Shown here: positions 34,641-47,742 of the stretch, one piece after another | Position numbering within the stretch: position 1 is the first letter of the stretch | How the letters are laid out: every line of letters begins with the position of its first letter | DNA from: Nemertoderma westbladi | Taxonomy: Eukaryota > Animalia > Xenacoelomorpha | DNA length: 64,000 nt | Reading direction: 5' to 3' | NCBI GenBank assembly: GCA_032718475.1 | Contig: JAUCBJ010000629.1 | Span: 1 to 64,000 of the forward strand | Program-made: the position numbers and the translations under genes | Notes under the pieces: generated by a model | Databases searched by the model: none | Told to the model about the DNA's origin: nothing | What the model saw: the letters and a program-made list of their open reading frames with translations, nothing else

Positions 34641-36079
34641 AGGGCGTTTTTGAATTCCGATTGTGTTGTTGAGTTGGATGGCGATCTTCTCCTCCAATTG
34701 GTATCCCTTTTATCCTTTCCTTTCATTTTCCTTTCATTTATTGCTGCCTTGACCAATAAGGTGTCAGAGCTGCTACTTCACTATTGGCTAATGCCATAAT
34801 GATAAGTCGCTTCCTTTCCTGATTAAATCCTTCTCTCACTATGTATGGGCAACGGCTTGTGCTTAGTAATCCGATGCCTATAGTAGGTTGTTTTATATGC
34901 ACCAATAAATATACACATGAAACAATAGGTTTAACATTTAGTACACAATAATAGCTTGCGCGGCCATCTAACTGTCCAATTTGGTTCCTATGACAAGCCT
35001 CCCGGTTGTAAGTTGACCTTTGGGGTTTGGCTTACTATCGGGGTGCTAATAGATTTCCCATTTTGTTACTAACTGTCTTGAGGTGACATATTGGTTTTTT
35101 CAGGGTGATGAAGTGCCTAAGGGATCGCTCCCGTAACACCTGTATACCAATATGTTCCTCGGGTATTCCCATACTTTGACATAAAGAATAGAGCAGCATA
35201 CAGAGTTGTCATCCTAATTTTTGTTATGAAAAATATAATTAAATATGTTTCAATTATAATTGCGATAATTAAACTGTACCTTATTATGTGTTGGATGGAA
35301 ATACTTCCTCTTCATGAAAAGTTACAACTAAGAAAATGCCAGGAAAAAGGTGAGACTATTATTATACAACTACAGTATCCCATTGTAAATGAATGACTAA
35401 CTTTTGATGATATTTCTCGATGGTTTATCTGCCTTTCTATTCGGTGGAAATCTCTAGCGGACATTCGAATAAATTCACAGTTGTTTGTTTCCGTAGTTGC
35501 GCTTAAAACACGACTGTTTATCTGGAAAACAATAAATATATAAGTTTTAATTAACAGATTTAATTAATTCAGGTTTAATATTGATAACGTTGTTCCAATT
35601 AAGATATTTCCAGATTTAGTTTTCCAATATCATGCGTATCACTGACTATGCTACCTGTATGGCATGTGGTTTATTATATTCAAGGCGATTCAGAATTCAG
35701 GCCATAACATAATATAGTGGCCTCCAAAAATTAATGGAGGCGTACGCATGTTAATATGTATTGGTAATTATGGTATTGCAGTAGTATATTTATTGTAATA
35801 AATAATAGGGGCCGAGCCCAATATCGGAAGATGAAATGAAATGAAAATGAGTGATTACAGCCATAACTGGTGAAGTTCTTGGGTTCGCATTACAAGAATG
35901 TAGAAGCAGTAGATATACCGCTCACACATATATCGAATCACTGACACCGTGTTAGGAAAGCAAATTAATGAATGGGCAGGGCAGCTCTCTCAAAAATGAA
36001 TTCCATCTGGTAATCAGATCTCTCCAGGCATCTGTAGGCCGGGTTCTTTTGAGCCACAATGGAAAGAAAGTGTACCTAC

Positions 36080-36380
36080 TTCTATATATTATATGTGTAC
36101 TTATGTACGGGGGTGAGACCTGGACACTGACTAAATCAATTGAATAACGAATTGATGGTTGCTACACAAGACTACTAAGGGCAGCCCTAAACATCAGCTG
36201 GATACAACACATGACAAATGCCGAGCTTTATGGTACAATACCACCTGTCTGTATCAACCATCCTCCGTGAACGCAGAAGAATTCAATTGCTGAACATTCA
36301 GTGGGCAGTGCTGGAGAAGTAAATATGAGGTCATACCAGATCTATGTACTTTTCTGGCAACAAACACAAGTTAGGTGTTT
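36080..36380 (+). pseudogene. Second RTE-like LINE C-terminal fragment
   Basis: VLMYGGETWTLTKSIE*RIDGCYTRLLRAALNISWIQHMTNAELYG. Confidence 0.75.
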
Positions 36381-36585
36381 CTATGCACGGCCGGCTATGA
36401 ATGGAATGAATGGTAATAATAATAAATACTACAAAAAACACAAAAAAATACAAAAAAAACACAAAAAAATTCACACCAGAGAAAGGGCCCATTCCCTTTC
36501 ATTGTTTAATCACGAGTACCTCTGGATCACAACGTGTCCAGAGTTCATAATACTACCTCTGGGTACTCTGGCTATATTAAAAAAC

Positions 36586-36720
36586 AGAAAACGTGATTAT
36601 TCTATAAACAAAATGAACCCGTACAACTTTAGAAAACGTGATTATTCTATAAACAAAATGAACCCGTACAACTTTAGAAAACGTGATTATTCTATAAACA
36701 AAATGAACCCGTCCAACTTT
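36586..36720. repeat. 45-bp tandem repeat x3
   Basis: AGAAAACGTGATTATTCTATAAACAAAATGAACCCGTACAACTTT at 36586, 36631 and 36676. Confidence 0.95.
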
Positions 36721-37020
36721 ACAAAGTGCTGATTATACGATCTGATGACAATTAATAGTTATTCGTTTGATAAGGCCAACTTGCATCAATCATCACTGAT
36801 CTATTCTATCTTATTGAATTGTTTTGTCTAAGAATAAATCTTTGAATAATATTATTTTTTAGTTTTGATAATATCTCGATTTTCGTAGTAACAAACTAGA
36901 TTTTCAGGAGGGCCTTGGGAAGGTATTGGCATATTGAGCATATTACTGTATATTGGCATTCTTAGAGAAAACTGTACAATGTTGGGGTTCTACTGTGTAC
37001 TCTTCCTTCCGGTAATGGCG

Positions 37021-37280
37021 ACAAATATCGAGACTTGAAAAATATCGAGAGTAAAAATATCGCGAGTAATAATAACGAGTGTTGAAAAAAAACGCGATTA
37101 AAAAATATCGAGACTAAAAATAACGAATATCGAAAATATCGAGAGTAAAAAGCGAGGGTTAAAATATTGAGAATCAAATTATCGAGAGTAAAATTATTGA
37201 GAGTAAAAATATCGAGAGTAAATATATCGAGAGTAAAAATATTGAAAGTAAAAATATCGAGAGTAAAAATATCAAGAGTA
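37021..37280. repeat. Degenerate ~15-bp array (AAAAATATCGAGAGT), probably the terminal array of a Mutator/foldback-like element
   Basis: Visible array followed by TTCTAGAACA/CTAGCTAG-rich sequence resembling the interiors of 17714-18890 and 61820-62175. Confidence 0.7.
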
Positions 37281-37546
37281 CAATTTTTTTAAATAAGGGT
37301 TTTATGATAATTTTTTTCCTAAAACTGTTCTAGAACAAAAAAAGTGTTCGAGAATAAAACTATTTATCAAAATTTGAAGCTTACACGTGTTCTATAACAT
37401 AAAAAATGTAGAAAAAACTAGCTAGTATAAAAAATTAAAAATGTGATTTAGAACCAAAAAAATGTGTTCTAGAACAAAAATATTTATCAAAATTGATAGC
37501 TACTGTAGCACATCTTATATAATATTTATAAAAAAAATACTTTTCA

Positions 37547-37980
37547 AATTGAGGGAAAGGAACGGAACAGGTTACAGAGGCAGGCTTTTCTAACCAAAAC
37601 AATAAACGATCACTTTACCAAATGAGGGAAAGGAGCAGGTTACATTGGCGGTATTTTCTAACCTAAACAATAAACGATTACTTTTACCCATTAAGGGAAA
37701 GGAGCAGGTTACAGAAGAGGGCCTTTAAAACCAAAACTATTAACGATTACTTTTACAAATTGAGGGAAAGGATCAGGCTACAGATGCAGGCTTTTCTAAC
37801 CAAAACATTAAACGGTCACTTTACCAAATAAGGGAAAGGATCAGGTTACAGATGCCGGCTTTTCTAACCAAAACATTAAACGGTCACTTTACCAAATAAG
37901 GGAAAGGAGCAGGTTACAGAGGTGGGCTTTTTTAACCAAAACAATAAACGATCATTTACCATAATTGTGGGGAAGGAACA
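37547..37980. repeat. ~61-bp tandem repeat x7 of a dispersed family
   Basis: GGGAAAGGAGCAGGTTACAGA...TTCTAACCAAAACAATAAACGATCACTTTACCAAAT. Reverse-complement copies at 19265-19490 and single copies near 39535 and 60130. Confidence 0.9.
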
Positions 37981-38130
37981 CTTTACGCCGGCATGATTTT
38001 ATGTATATTTGTATTCTTTATTGGGAAAACCTCTTTCATACGGCCCATTTTCGCTATCTGTGACTATCAAATGGGGAATAACTTCCGAAGTTAGTTAATT
38101 AATTACCATCATTCAGTCATTTACAACAGT

Positions 38131-38578
38131 ACATATCACAGAATCAGTACCTAATGTAGTATAATGCAGTACTGTAGTACAGTAGGCCTACATATCACAG
38201 AATCAGTACCTAATGCAGTATAATGCAGTACTGTAGTACAGTAGGGCTACATATCACAGAATCAGTACCTAATGCAGTATAATGCAGTACTGTAGTACAG
38301 TAGGCCTACATATCACAGAATCAGTACCTAATGCAGTATAATGCAGTACTGTAGTACAGTAGGCCTACATATCACAGAATCAGTACCTAATGTAGTATAA
38401 TGCAGTACTGTAGTACAGTAGGCCTACATATCACAGAATCAGTACCTAATGCAGTATAATGCAGTACTGTAGTACAGTAGGGCTACATATCACAGAATCA
38501 GTACCTAATGCAGTATAATGCAGTACTGTAGTACAGTAGGCCTACATATCACAGAATCAGTACCTAATGCAGTATAAT
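38131..38578. repeat. 59-bp tandem repeat x7.6 with 4-unit higher-order structure
   Basis: Units start at 38131, 38190, 38249 and so on. The diagnostic variant CTAATGTAG is in units 1 and 5, and TAGGGCTA is in units 2 and 6. Confidence 0.97.
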
Positions 38579-40679
38579 TCTTTCTAAAGCATCTGTTTAG
38601 AATCTTCATACAAAACATTCTTCAATTGGTTTTTTGGATTTCGATTTATAAACAAATATATACATTTAAATATAAATTTTTTGGGTTGCAAAATGAATAG
38701 TAAGTGCATAGAATATAAGTGAACCTGATTAAGTGGCTAGAATCTAGAACAAAGTCAAAATTTTCAAAATTTCAAAATATTTTGTACTACACTTTATAAT
38801 CAGATTTTAAGATTGGATTTCGGACAGTATCGGTTCGGTAGAAGAAAATATGGCATTTTTATTTATTCCAGTCATATAATATATTTATGATGTGATTTTT
38901 AAAAAATACACGAAAATCGCCCAGAACCATCTTTTATTATTATATCTATTGGATTAAAAGCATACAACATAAAAAAATAATAATAAATAAAAAATAATAA
39001 TATATTTATATTTCAAATATATACCTTTTCTTCATTAACAAGGTCATATCGAATCCCAAATAATGTGTTTCCGCTTGACTTTTGATTACTGTACTTTACT
39101 GTAGTTTTATGGTAAATTGACTCGCCTATAGCTGTATTAACTGCGACACCAAAACGGAACGTTAAAGTCTTAGTTGGTTACTATGGCTATATTTTGCTAT
39201 ATATTACTCTAATAGTTTTGCGAGGTGATGGGTTGGTATATATTATGTTATTAATGAGGACTGTGTGAACTGTTCCATTAAGTCTATTAATATACTCAAT
39301 AGAATACATTACAATAAAGATGGTGATGATATTATTGATTACTATTATGAATCTAGATCCTCCCCACACGTTTGAATTACATTCACTACTGTATAAGCCT
39401 CATAAATAATATGTCACAGAGACACTGGTACTTTTCTGCTGAGGTTGAAATGTTATTGTACTGAAAATCCATACCCCAATTTCAAATTTCTGTGTACTAC
39501 GTTTGTAGCATAATATTTCCAATGTTAATTACCAATTAAGGGAAAGTAGCAGGTTATAGTGGCAAGTTATTCTAACCAAAACATTAAGCGAATGTCAATA
39601 GCATTTGTAATTATAAGCAATTGTATTATGATGCGTCAATAGCCCCCCCCCCCGCAATCTCCCAATCTGCAGAAACAATTGGTTTGTATAAAGTAATCCT
39701 ATATATATATATATAAAATATAGTTTTGTGAGCAATGTAAATAATGTTAATTTAATTGTTTATAATTAATTGTTGGATACTTTGATTGTATACCTAGATG
39801 TTATATAGATATGATGGATTGGATATGTCATGCGATGCGATGGCTGCTTGCATCACCGGTGAGTTAGGGTTGTGTATTTATTATATACAAGAGTGATGTG
39901 GCCTGGGTATTTGGTCGAAGGTCTAAATAAGACAGAGTCTATTTTTTCGGACCCTTCTCCCTTTCGGACCTGTCAAGGGTGAAATAAGGGGGGGGGGGGG
40001 GGGGGGGTTTATACGGCCTGTATTAATATGGTTCTTAGTCCTTTGTCAGGGGATCTACTGTAGGTTGGTAGACTAGACATATTGTTGTGACTTGTTGATG
40101 CTTTCTAGATACAAAGCGAGTCTGTTGTTAACCCGTATGTTTACAGGGCAAAGGGGTTCTAATGGATTTGGATCTTGGGGAAAACTCAGCTAGTTCGTCT
40201 TTAACTTCCACAAATATTGTTAATAAACAGTATAATAGTAAATAAATCACAGATAGATAACTAGCTAATGTCCCTGAGTTCGGGACTCGTGCGGGACTAT
40301 GGTTAAGCACTGGTTGAAAACTAGATGTTAGTATTTGCTCGTTGGTGAAGAAAATGCACCTCAGCCAGGGAGCTACTTAATCTAATACATGATAGCTTAT
40401 ACAAATTTGTTAGAAATCAATTGGAGTAGTGATTAAGAGAAGGAGATCAGGGTTGGGGTTGGGGTCGTGGAACTGTTGTAGATCCTCCGGACATTCTGGT
40501 TGGGGGTAGACGAAGTTGTCAACTTTTACATTAGGGACTGCTGGGAGCGACCCACTGTTCATTAACCGCCATATCTGGCAGTAAGGTTGCGAGTTTTGGT
40601 CGATAGGTTGTAACATTTTGATGGTACGCATAACCGTGACTGCGTGATAGCGTCCTGCATGCCACTTGCGACCACTACT

Positions 40680-41140
40680 CTCGACATGGGTCATGTTGGA
40701 CTCGACACAGCAAATAAATTATGGGCTCTAATTGTACTTCCGGCAACAGTATACGGCTGCTCCACTTTTACAGATGTCTCCTGGTCTCAACTATCCCAGC
40801 TACCACATGATGTGAAAGTAAGAGGCTTGCTTCTTCTATAAACTGTGGTGTGGCCTCAGTAAGTTTGCTTCAAACACGAGAATACTGGAGGTGGTTGACA
40901 ATCCGGCATCTCTGTGGTGATAAATATACGCTACCTCACAAAACAACGTTGCCGTTTGGCATCACAGTTTATATCAAACGGTTTCCACCATAAGTTATGT
41001 AATAAGAACTGCTGGCGGCCGGATAGCGGATGTATATGCAAGTTTTGCAAAGAGTCTGCATCAGACGTTTCTTATGAAATATGTTGTACATCCATGCCAC
41101 AGATGACAACACCACAATATCACTTACATTTTGGCATATT
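40680..41140 (+). pseudogene. Decayed LINE ORF2 3' fragment
   Basis: ANKLWALIVLPATVYGC resembles the post-RT motif. CICKFCKESASDVSYEICC resembles a degenerate C-terminal zinc knuckle. Confidence 0.4.
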
Positions 41141-42135
41141 CCTTTCTTAGCCCTATAGATATTTGGCAGTCCTAGTGTATTACGTGTAGTAAAACTACAA
41201 TACACTTCCTTTTCATATTTCAGACAGCCGTCCCATTCGGACATTCATCCCATTCATGGACTGGCATGTTTGAATCCCAGTTATTGTACAATCGTTTGTA
41301 AACATACCGATTTCCGGGTTATAAATTATTATAGTGACTCCTCAACTAAGTGACTTGAGTTTCATATACTTCATGTACTAATGATCTTCACAACTATTTG
41401 GGACAATAATGTTAGCAAAATAGCCAATCAGTCTTAAGATTATGACTTAGGTTTAGGACTTCAACATTTCATTCATTGTCTTTTAATTCGCGTTGAGCCC
41501 TCACAAACAAGCTATGAGCAACGTAATAAAGTAATGTTAGTTTCTCGCCGATGAGGCTCAGCACCAGTCGAATTGAATCCTAAATTAAACGAAGTTTTAA
41601 ATTACAGATACATCATTAAGGTACTACAGGAACAAGGATGAAGAGAGTTAAAACTAGAAATGATATCATTGACAAACAAACACTGCAATGAAATCATGCA
41701 ACACTCTTATGCTGTAGGCTTATCCAAATCCAGTGTGTCTAATCAAGCAAAATACCATTTTGTAGTGTTATTATAAAAAAAAAACGAAATCCTGTTCAAA
41801 GTGGCAAAGCTAATCAGAAACATAAGGTAACTACACTAACTAGTAGAATTGAGATATATACATAATAATAACAATCAAACTAGATAATCTGCTAAAATTA
41901 TTTTATAAATAAGCAGGAACACCTGGGAATTGACCAGTTGCCTATTCTCGCCATATGATATTTAAATTAAAACAAAAAATATAACAAAAAATAAATAAAA
42001 CAAAAAAATAAATAAAGCAAAAAATAAATAAACAAAAAACTGACTACCAACTACCACTTATCCTCTGTGATTCTAAATAGTCTAATATTGTTGCTACAAT
42101 AATGTCAGGTCCTATTTTTCATTGATAGATAGATG

Positions 42136-42441
42136 AGCTGAGTAGAAGGGTCTTGGCCGGCTCTGTGACACTTGGACCCAACTGACACCCATTGGGTGTC
42201 ATATGACACCCAATTATCACCCTATGGGTGTCATTGGGTGTCATTGGCGCCAGACTGTCTGGGTGACACCTCCCAATTAGGCTAATTAGACCCTAATTGA
42301 AAGGTGTCACAAATGAATGTACAAATGAATAAATAAAGTAAAATAGAATACAAATAATTAATTAAAATTAAATATAAATAAATAGGTATTAATGAATGGG
42401 TCCAAGTGTCACAGAGCCGGCCAAGACCCTACTACTGAGCT
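42136..42441. mobile_element. MITE with 45-bp TIRs
   Basis: 42136-42180 and 42397-42441 are reverse complements with 2 mismatches. Internal TGACACCC/GGGTGTCA motifs. No clear TSD. Confidence 0.8.
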
Positions 42442-43430
42442 GGTTAGTAGGGGATGAAATCTACTATCTATAAGTTGCTTTCCTTTATATTGCCTGGATA
42501 CAATATTCAACATAAAACATGTTTGTATTTCACCAATGTGAAGAGCAGTGTTAATTATATAAGCCAAGATTATAGATATTGCATTGGACTTGGGGTATGT
42601 GACTATTATTGAGCTGATTTCGGATGATTTGCCAATGCTAAGGGCCTCTATACACCATTGAGTATAATGGGTAAAGATTACCAAAAAAATGTCTCGAGCT
42701 TCTCTTTCAAATCATGATTGTAAGATGTAAGGGGGGCTGCTGTTGTATAACTTTGTCCCAGCCTTTCTCAATAACACCATACTCCTTATCATTATTGTCT
42801 GACATTGCTGCACTGCCTACAGAATACAATAACTGAATATTATTCTAAAAATAATCGACTATGCCTTTCGCCTGCAGTCATCTTTCTTTCATAATATATA
42901 TCAAACTTTTTTATTTTTCCAGCAGATTAATTCGTGCATGTAAAGTGCCAACACATCTAGTCATCTATTTTTCCTTCGACTTCATGCTGGGTTTATCCCC
43001 AGTCTTTTTTTCATGTGATTTTTTTAGTGTCCGATGTAAAGTTTTATGGTGATTCTGAATCTGAAATCAGTTTTTCGATAAGTTGTTTCGTTCTCGAGTT
43101 ATGTCAAGTTTTGTAATTTTCACCCAGAATTTGAAAATTTTTAATTTTGGTGCAGCACCCATTTGAAACCAAAACAGACCATCAAACACCCAGAAATTTC
43201 GAAATATTTTGCCATTTTCGGAATCAGCGCCGAAAATTTGCCTATAGGTATCAAAACCACAGAAGAAGATCCTTTTTGAAAAATTTCAAACAATTTTCAC
43301 TTTTGGTGCATGTTTGGTCAGTTGTAATCGGGGTGAAATTTAAATGTCATTTTTCTTGCGTTGGCTTTTTAGGGAAGCTTTCTCTATCTACTTTTTAACT
43401 ACTCAACCGATTTTCGTTCTGTTTGCAGAA

Positions 43431-43587
43431 CTAGAAAGCCAGCAAGCTGGCTGGAAGGAGTCCGGGGGAAGAATCCTATTTACAAGACTATTACAAATAA
43501 ACCTTGTCGGTCAGCAGTAAGCTAAACAATTGTCTAACTAAACTATAAGGCGTGGGGCTAGCTGACTTTGTGGCTCGTCCCACATAA
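43431..43587 (-). mobile_element. Short Helitron/Helentron-like remnant
   Basis: Minus-strand 3' hairpin AGCCAGC-TT-GCTGGCT followed by TTCTAG; the same end occurs at 20748. At the other end, GTGGGGCTAGC...GCTCGTCCCAC is related to the 27320 and 49335 motifs. Confidence 0.45.
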
Positions 43588-44441
43588 TAAAAAATGAAAC
43601 TTTGCTATGACAACACACCCGGTTCTTTTAAATTTGCGTGATTTGAGTTTTATGCTCGCACCACTATTTGTAAGAAAAATATTAAAACTTATCTTACAGT
43701 ATGCCAATGTAGTAATGGTATTAAAATATAATTAAATTAATTTACACTATTAATGCTTCAGCTAAAAAATGATGCTAATCGTATGTAATAAAAAAAATAA
43801 GAATAATATTTTTAAGAACTTTCTACATATATCCTATACAAAATAATCAGCCCAATGATTCGTGGAATAATAATAATATAATCCTACTGCAGTTGTATAT
43901 TTTATTTTGTTTATTGACAACTCAACTATTTTCTGTCTATCCCTGAGAACTGATAAAGGATGCGTAGACTCAGCCAGCAGCCAGCAGCAGGAGGGGTGTA
44001 GTCAAGAAATTCTGCCTTGATGGAATTCTATCTCAGGCAGCCCTGAACGCAACCATATTCCTACACAGCTAGCTGCTGCAGCAGCTCAGGGAGGAGTTGT
44101 TACTTTACCATTGCTTTTAATTTCGCGACAAAATAATTTCAAAAAAGCGAAATATATCGAATACCACACATTGAATTGATCTGATATTTTGTAACGCGAT
44201 TATGAACCACCAAAGCAATTTACTTGTAAAATTTCAACAAAATCGCCAGGCAGGAAATGCCTGAACCTAGATAATTATCAGTCAGTCAATCAGTCAGTGT
44301 ATATATCCTGAGATTTTTACAGTAATGTATCCCTGAGATTCTTACAGTAAGTATCCCGCCTGTCGAGCGGGCTCCTAAATATGTAGAGGAATATTCCGAG
44401 CAAAAATTGTGTTGACAGAATTTTGAAATTTTGTTAAACAT

Positions 44442-44726
44442 ATCAGTGACAAAAAGTGTAGATTTGACTTCAGTATATTTCGAACTACAGTTCTGATTCA
44501 ATAGCCTCCAGACTCTGTTTAATAAATAGATGGCAAAGAAGAAATAAATAGCAAGAAATTAACACATTACAGAAATTGCACAAACAGTATCTAGTGACAG
44601 TATGTAGCTAGCTGAACCGGTAACCTGTAAAGTGTTAATTCCTTGCTATTTATTAAACAGAGTCTGGAGGCAATTGAATAAGAAATTTAGTTCGAAATAT
44701 CAATTCTTCACTTTTTGTCACTGATC
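44442..44726. repeat. Inverted repeat with ~85-bp arms (MITE-like foldback)
   Basis: ATCAGTGACAAAAAGTG...CCTCCAGACTCTGTTTAATAAATAG pairs with CTATTTATTAAACAGAGTCTGGAGG...CACTTTTTGTCACTGAT. Confidence 0.8.
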
Positions 44727-45399
44727 AGTCTTACAAGCAACTATGAAAATAAAAGTCAATATGTAGACAATTCTCATTCACTGTAACAGTTCAATATTTA
44801 TAAATGAAAGTGAACGTCGTCACCCACAAACGAGAGCGTTATGCGGATTATTATGTCTGAATAAAACTCAAATAAAATGGAATTCCACTTCCACTAGTTT
44901 GATTGATTTATCACGTCATCATGACTGTCATCTAAAAGCTAGATAGTCCCGAGTTCCACCCGTGAAACAACTCATTAGTCAAATATGATTATTCATTATT
45001 TCATTTCTTTTCAACATCCGGAATTCTGGTCCCAGTGGATACAATTTTGGTAAAAATTGTCCAAATAAATAAAACATAGCATTTTACTGAGGCAAATCTA
45101 CATTTATTTCTACGTATGTTCTTCTCTGGTTATTGAAATTTATTAATTGATGTGCTTATTGATAAATATTATTTTAAGTAACTTTTGTTTGAAAAAAATA
45201 TAAAAACATTAAAATGGAGCACATCGTAATCGGATATGTACTCGGTCGCAATTTAAAATACAATGAGAAAATACCATGTTCCAGAACATGGTATACACTG
45301 TATTTATTAGATATAATAAAATGGCCTGCAGATATAATAAGCAAATATATGCAACTTTCGAATGCCCAGCAAAATTTCCCAGCCAAATTGAAATATTTT

Positions 45400-45580
45400 T
45401 ACCGGTCTTCATGTACTTCAATACAGCAATATGCAGATTGGGCTGTATTAGGGCTGTGTGCCGGTCTGCATGTACTTCAATACAGCAATAGGCAGATGGC
45501 TGTGTGCCGGTCTTCATATACTTCAATACAGCAATCAGGCAATAGGAGGCAGATAGGGCTGTGTGCCAGTCTGCATGTAC
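45400..45580. repeat. Degenerate ~45-60-bp repeat x3-4
   Basis: CCGGTCT(T/G)CATGTACTTCAATACAGCAAT recurs at ~45402, 45461 and 45507, with a partial copy at ~45566. Confidence 0.75.
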
Positions 45581-45739
45581 AGATATGTAGCAAATAAAGA
45601 ATTTTCATGAATTAAATTATTAATTGTAGTTTACAAGAAGTTCATACCATAAAAATGTTATGCTTTCAAATGCATGTGCGTACAGGGGAAAAAGATGTTT
45701 CCAAAGAAAATGAGAAGAATGAGAAGAAACAGGTCATCA

Positions 45740-46360
45740 TTATAGAACTGCCGTTGCTCGACTCAGATGAGTAGGTGTAGAGATGAGTCCATCTCCGATC
45801 CTGAGAGCCTGAGGGAGGACCAGTTTTCCAATCAGTGTCAGATTTCTGACAAATATTGTTAATATAACGATGGACCCAAGACAAAACTCGGACTGGATGT
45901 TCCAATGAGGAATATTTGGAGAGATCCTGGATATCCCAGCTTGATAGAGGTGCAACTGATTCAATAGTTGCAAGTTGAGGTGGTGGCAAAGGTTCCACTG
46001 GACAACAGCAGTTCTGAATCAAGAATGAAGGATCATGAAGGTAGAGTGAGTTATGAAAGATATCTGATTTTCCTCAACCACAGGATGGTATATCGGCAGC
46101 ATTAAGAAAACTGGGAAAAATTGCCATTGCTGCGGTTCAGTAAGAGAGGCAATCTCAGAAAGCCGGTTCAAGACAAAAACATCACATTTAGCCAAACCCT
46201 TGCGTATCCAGACAAGTGTACATTGTGAATCACTCCGCAAGAATATGCATCGGGGTTGAACAATATCAGTACGAATATGTTCGGGGAATCATGCTCCAAG
46301 TAGAGCAGACATAAGCTCTAACCAAGGAACGGATAGTGAAGATTTCTTAGCAGATCTCTT
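45740..46360 (-). pseudogene. BEL/Pao retrotransposon pol relic (RNase H region)
   Basis: LSVPWLELMSALLGA, SDSQCTLVWI...FVLNRLSEI...QQWQF and KYSSLEHPVRVLSWVHRYI are BEL/Pao-type motifs; frameshifted. Confidence 0.8.
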
Positions 46361-46362
46361 AA

Positions 46363-47430
46363 CCGTATTACCACTGGGGTGTTTAGACCATTTTACCAGC
46401 ACTGGTGGAGGGCCGATTCCCCCCCCCCCCCCCCCCCCCTCTGTATTTTTGTAATCATCCAATGAAATCGTACGAAATTTGGGCTGTAATTGAAAAAATT
46501 ATCAAAGAACATTTTCAAATCCAAAAAAAAGAATATTTCATAAGGTGGGTATAATAATTTTCATGAAAAATAGAAGTAGTCCCTGGATAAAATATAAAAT
46601 TATTTGATATTCTAAAAACCTATAGTGTGGCATTGTTGGCTAGCGTTAGTAGGTATTTCACTACGCTGAATCGAATGTGATTATATTCCATTTCCGAAAA
46701 TTGAACTGGATGCTACTTTCGTGCTCCCAAGAAGTGGGCGTGGCACTTCAAATTTTGAAAAGTACGATATTCGGGAAATCCCCAAGTTTTGATTTCAACG
46801 CATTTTTATAGGTTTTCTGGACCGCTGAATCGATTGAAAGTAATATAGAAGCATTAAGTCTTATTGTCTTATCATTTTTGGAGCACCAAATTAGGGCATG
46901 GCACTTCAAATATTGAAAAAGATGAGATTCAGAAAATAAACCAAACTTGAGATTTCAACGCACATTTATATGTTTTCTGGACTGCTGAACCGATTTAAAG
47001 TACTACAGAAGCCTGAAGACTTAGTGGTTCGTCATTTTTGGTGCACCAAAATTGGGGAGTGGCACTTATTCTAATTTTGAAAAAGTACCACACCCTAATT
47101 TTGGTGTACCAATAATGACGTACCACTAAGACTTGAGGCTTCAATATTATTTTCAATCGATTCAGCGGTCTAGAGAACCTATAAATATGGGTTGAAATGA
47201 AAACCTTGTGGTATTTTCGTAATATCATAATTTTGAAAATTTTAAGTTGCCTACTTGCCATACCCTAATTTTGGTGCACCAAAAATTATGTACCACTAAT
47301 AATTGAGGCTTATATATCACATTCAATCGATTCAGTGGTCCAGAAAACCCATAAAAATGCGTTGAAATCAAAATTTAAAAATCACAATTTAACGAATATT
47401 GCAATTTTGAAAATTTGAAGTGCCACCCTT
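46363..47430. mobile_element. Non-autonomous DNA element with a large internal foldback, inserted in the BEL relic
   Basis: Begins after TTAA (46359-46362). ~160-bp modules (GTGGCACTTCAAATTTTGAAAA...CTGAATCGATTGAA) at 46735-47090 are mirrored at 47090-47430. Confidence 0.65.
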
Positions 47431-47449
47431 TACAAACTAGTAGCTTTAC

Positions 47450-47742
47450 AAGCTACGCAAGTTTGACAAAGACTTTACAATCTGTGTGAGTATCTTCAGG
47501 CCGAACCTGTAGCACAGATAATAAAGTTGAATTACCAGGATTACGTGAATTCGGAAAATAGACACTATTAGAAGGGGGAACAGAAGGTACAGGAATAGTG
47601 TTTACCCTATTGAGTGAGTGTACTGGGGACGATGTGGAACCAGATTGTTGAACACCAGAATGACCCCCATTAGTTAGATTACGAAGTGAAGACATCGAGA
47701 AACACAGTAGTGTATGGTGACGCCTATCACAGTTAGTACACG
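47450..47742 (-). pseudogene. BEL/Pao gag zinc-knuckle relic
   Basis: CTNCDRRHHTLLC followed by a low-complexity linker and STLLSVLQV. Collinear with the pol relic at 45740-46360. Confidence 0.65.
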
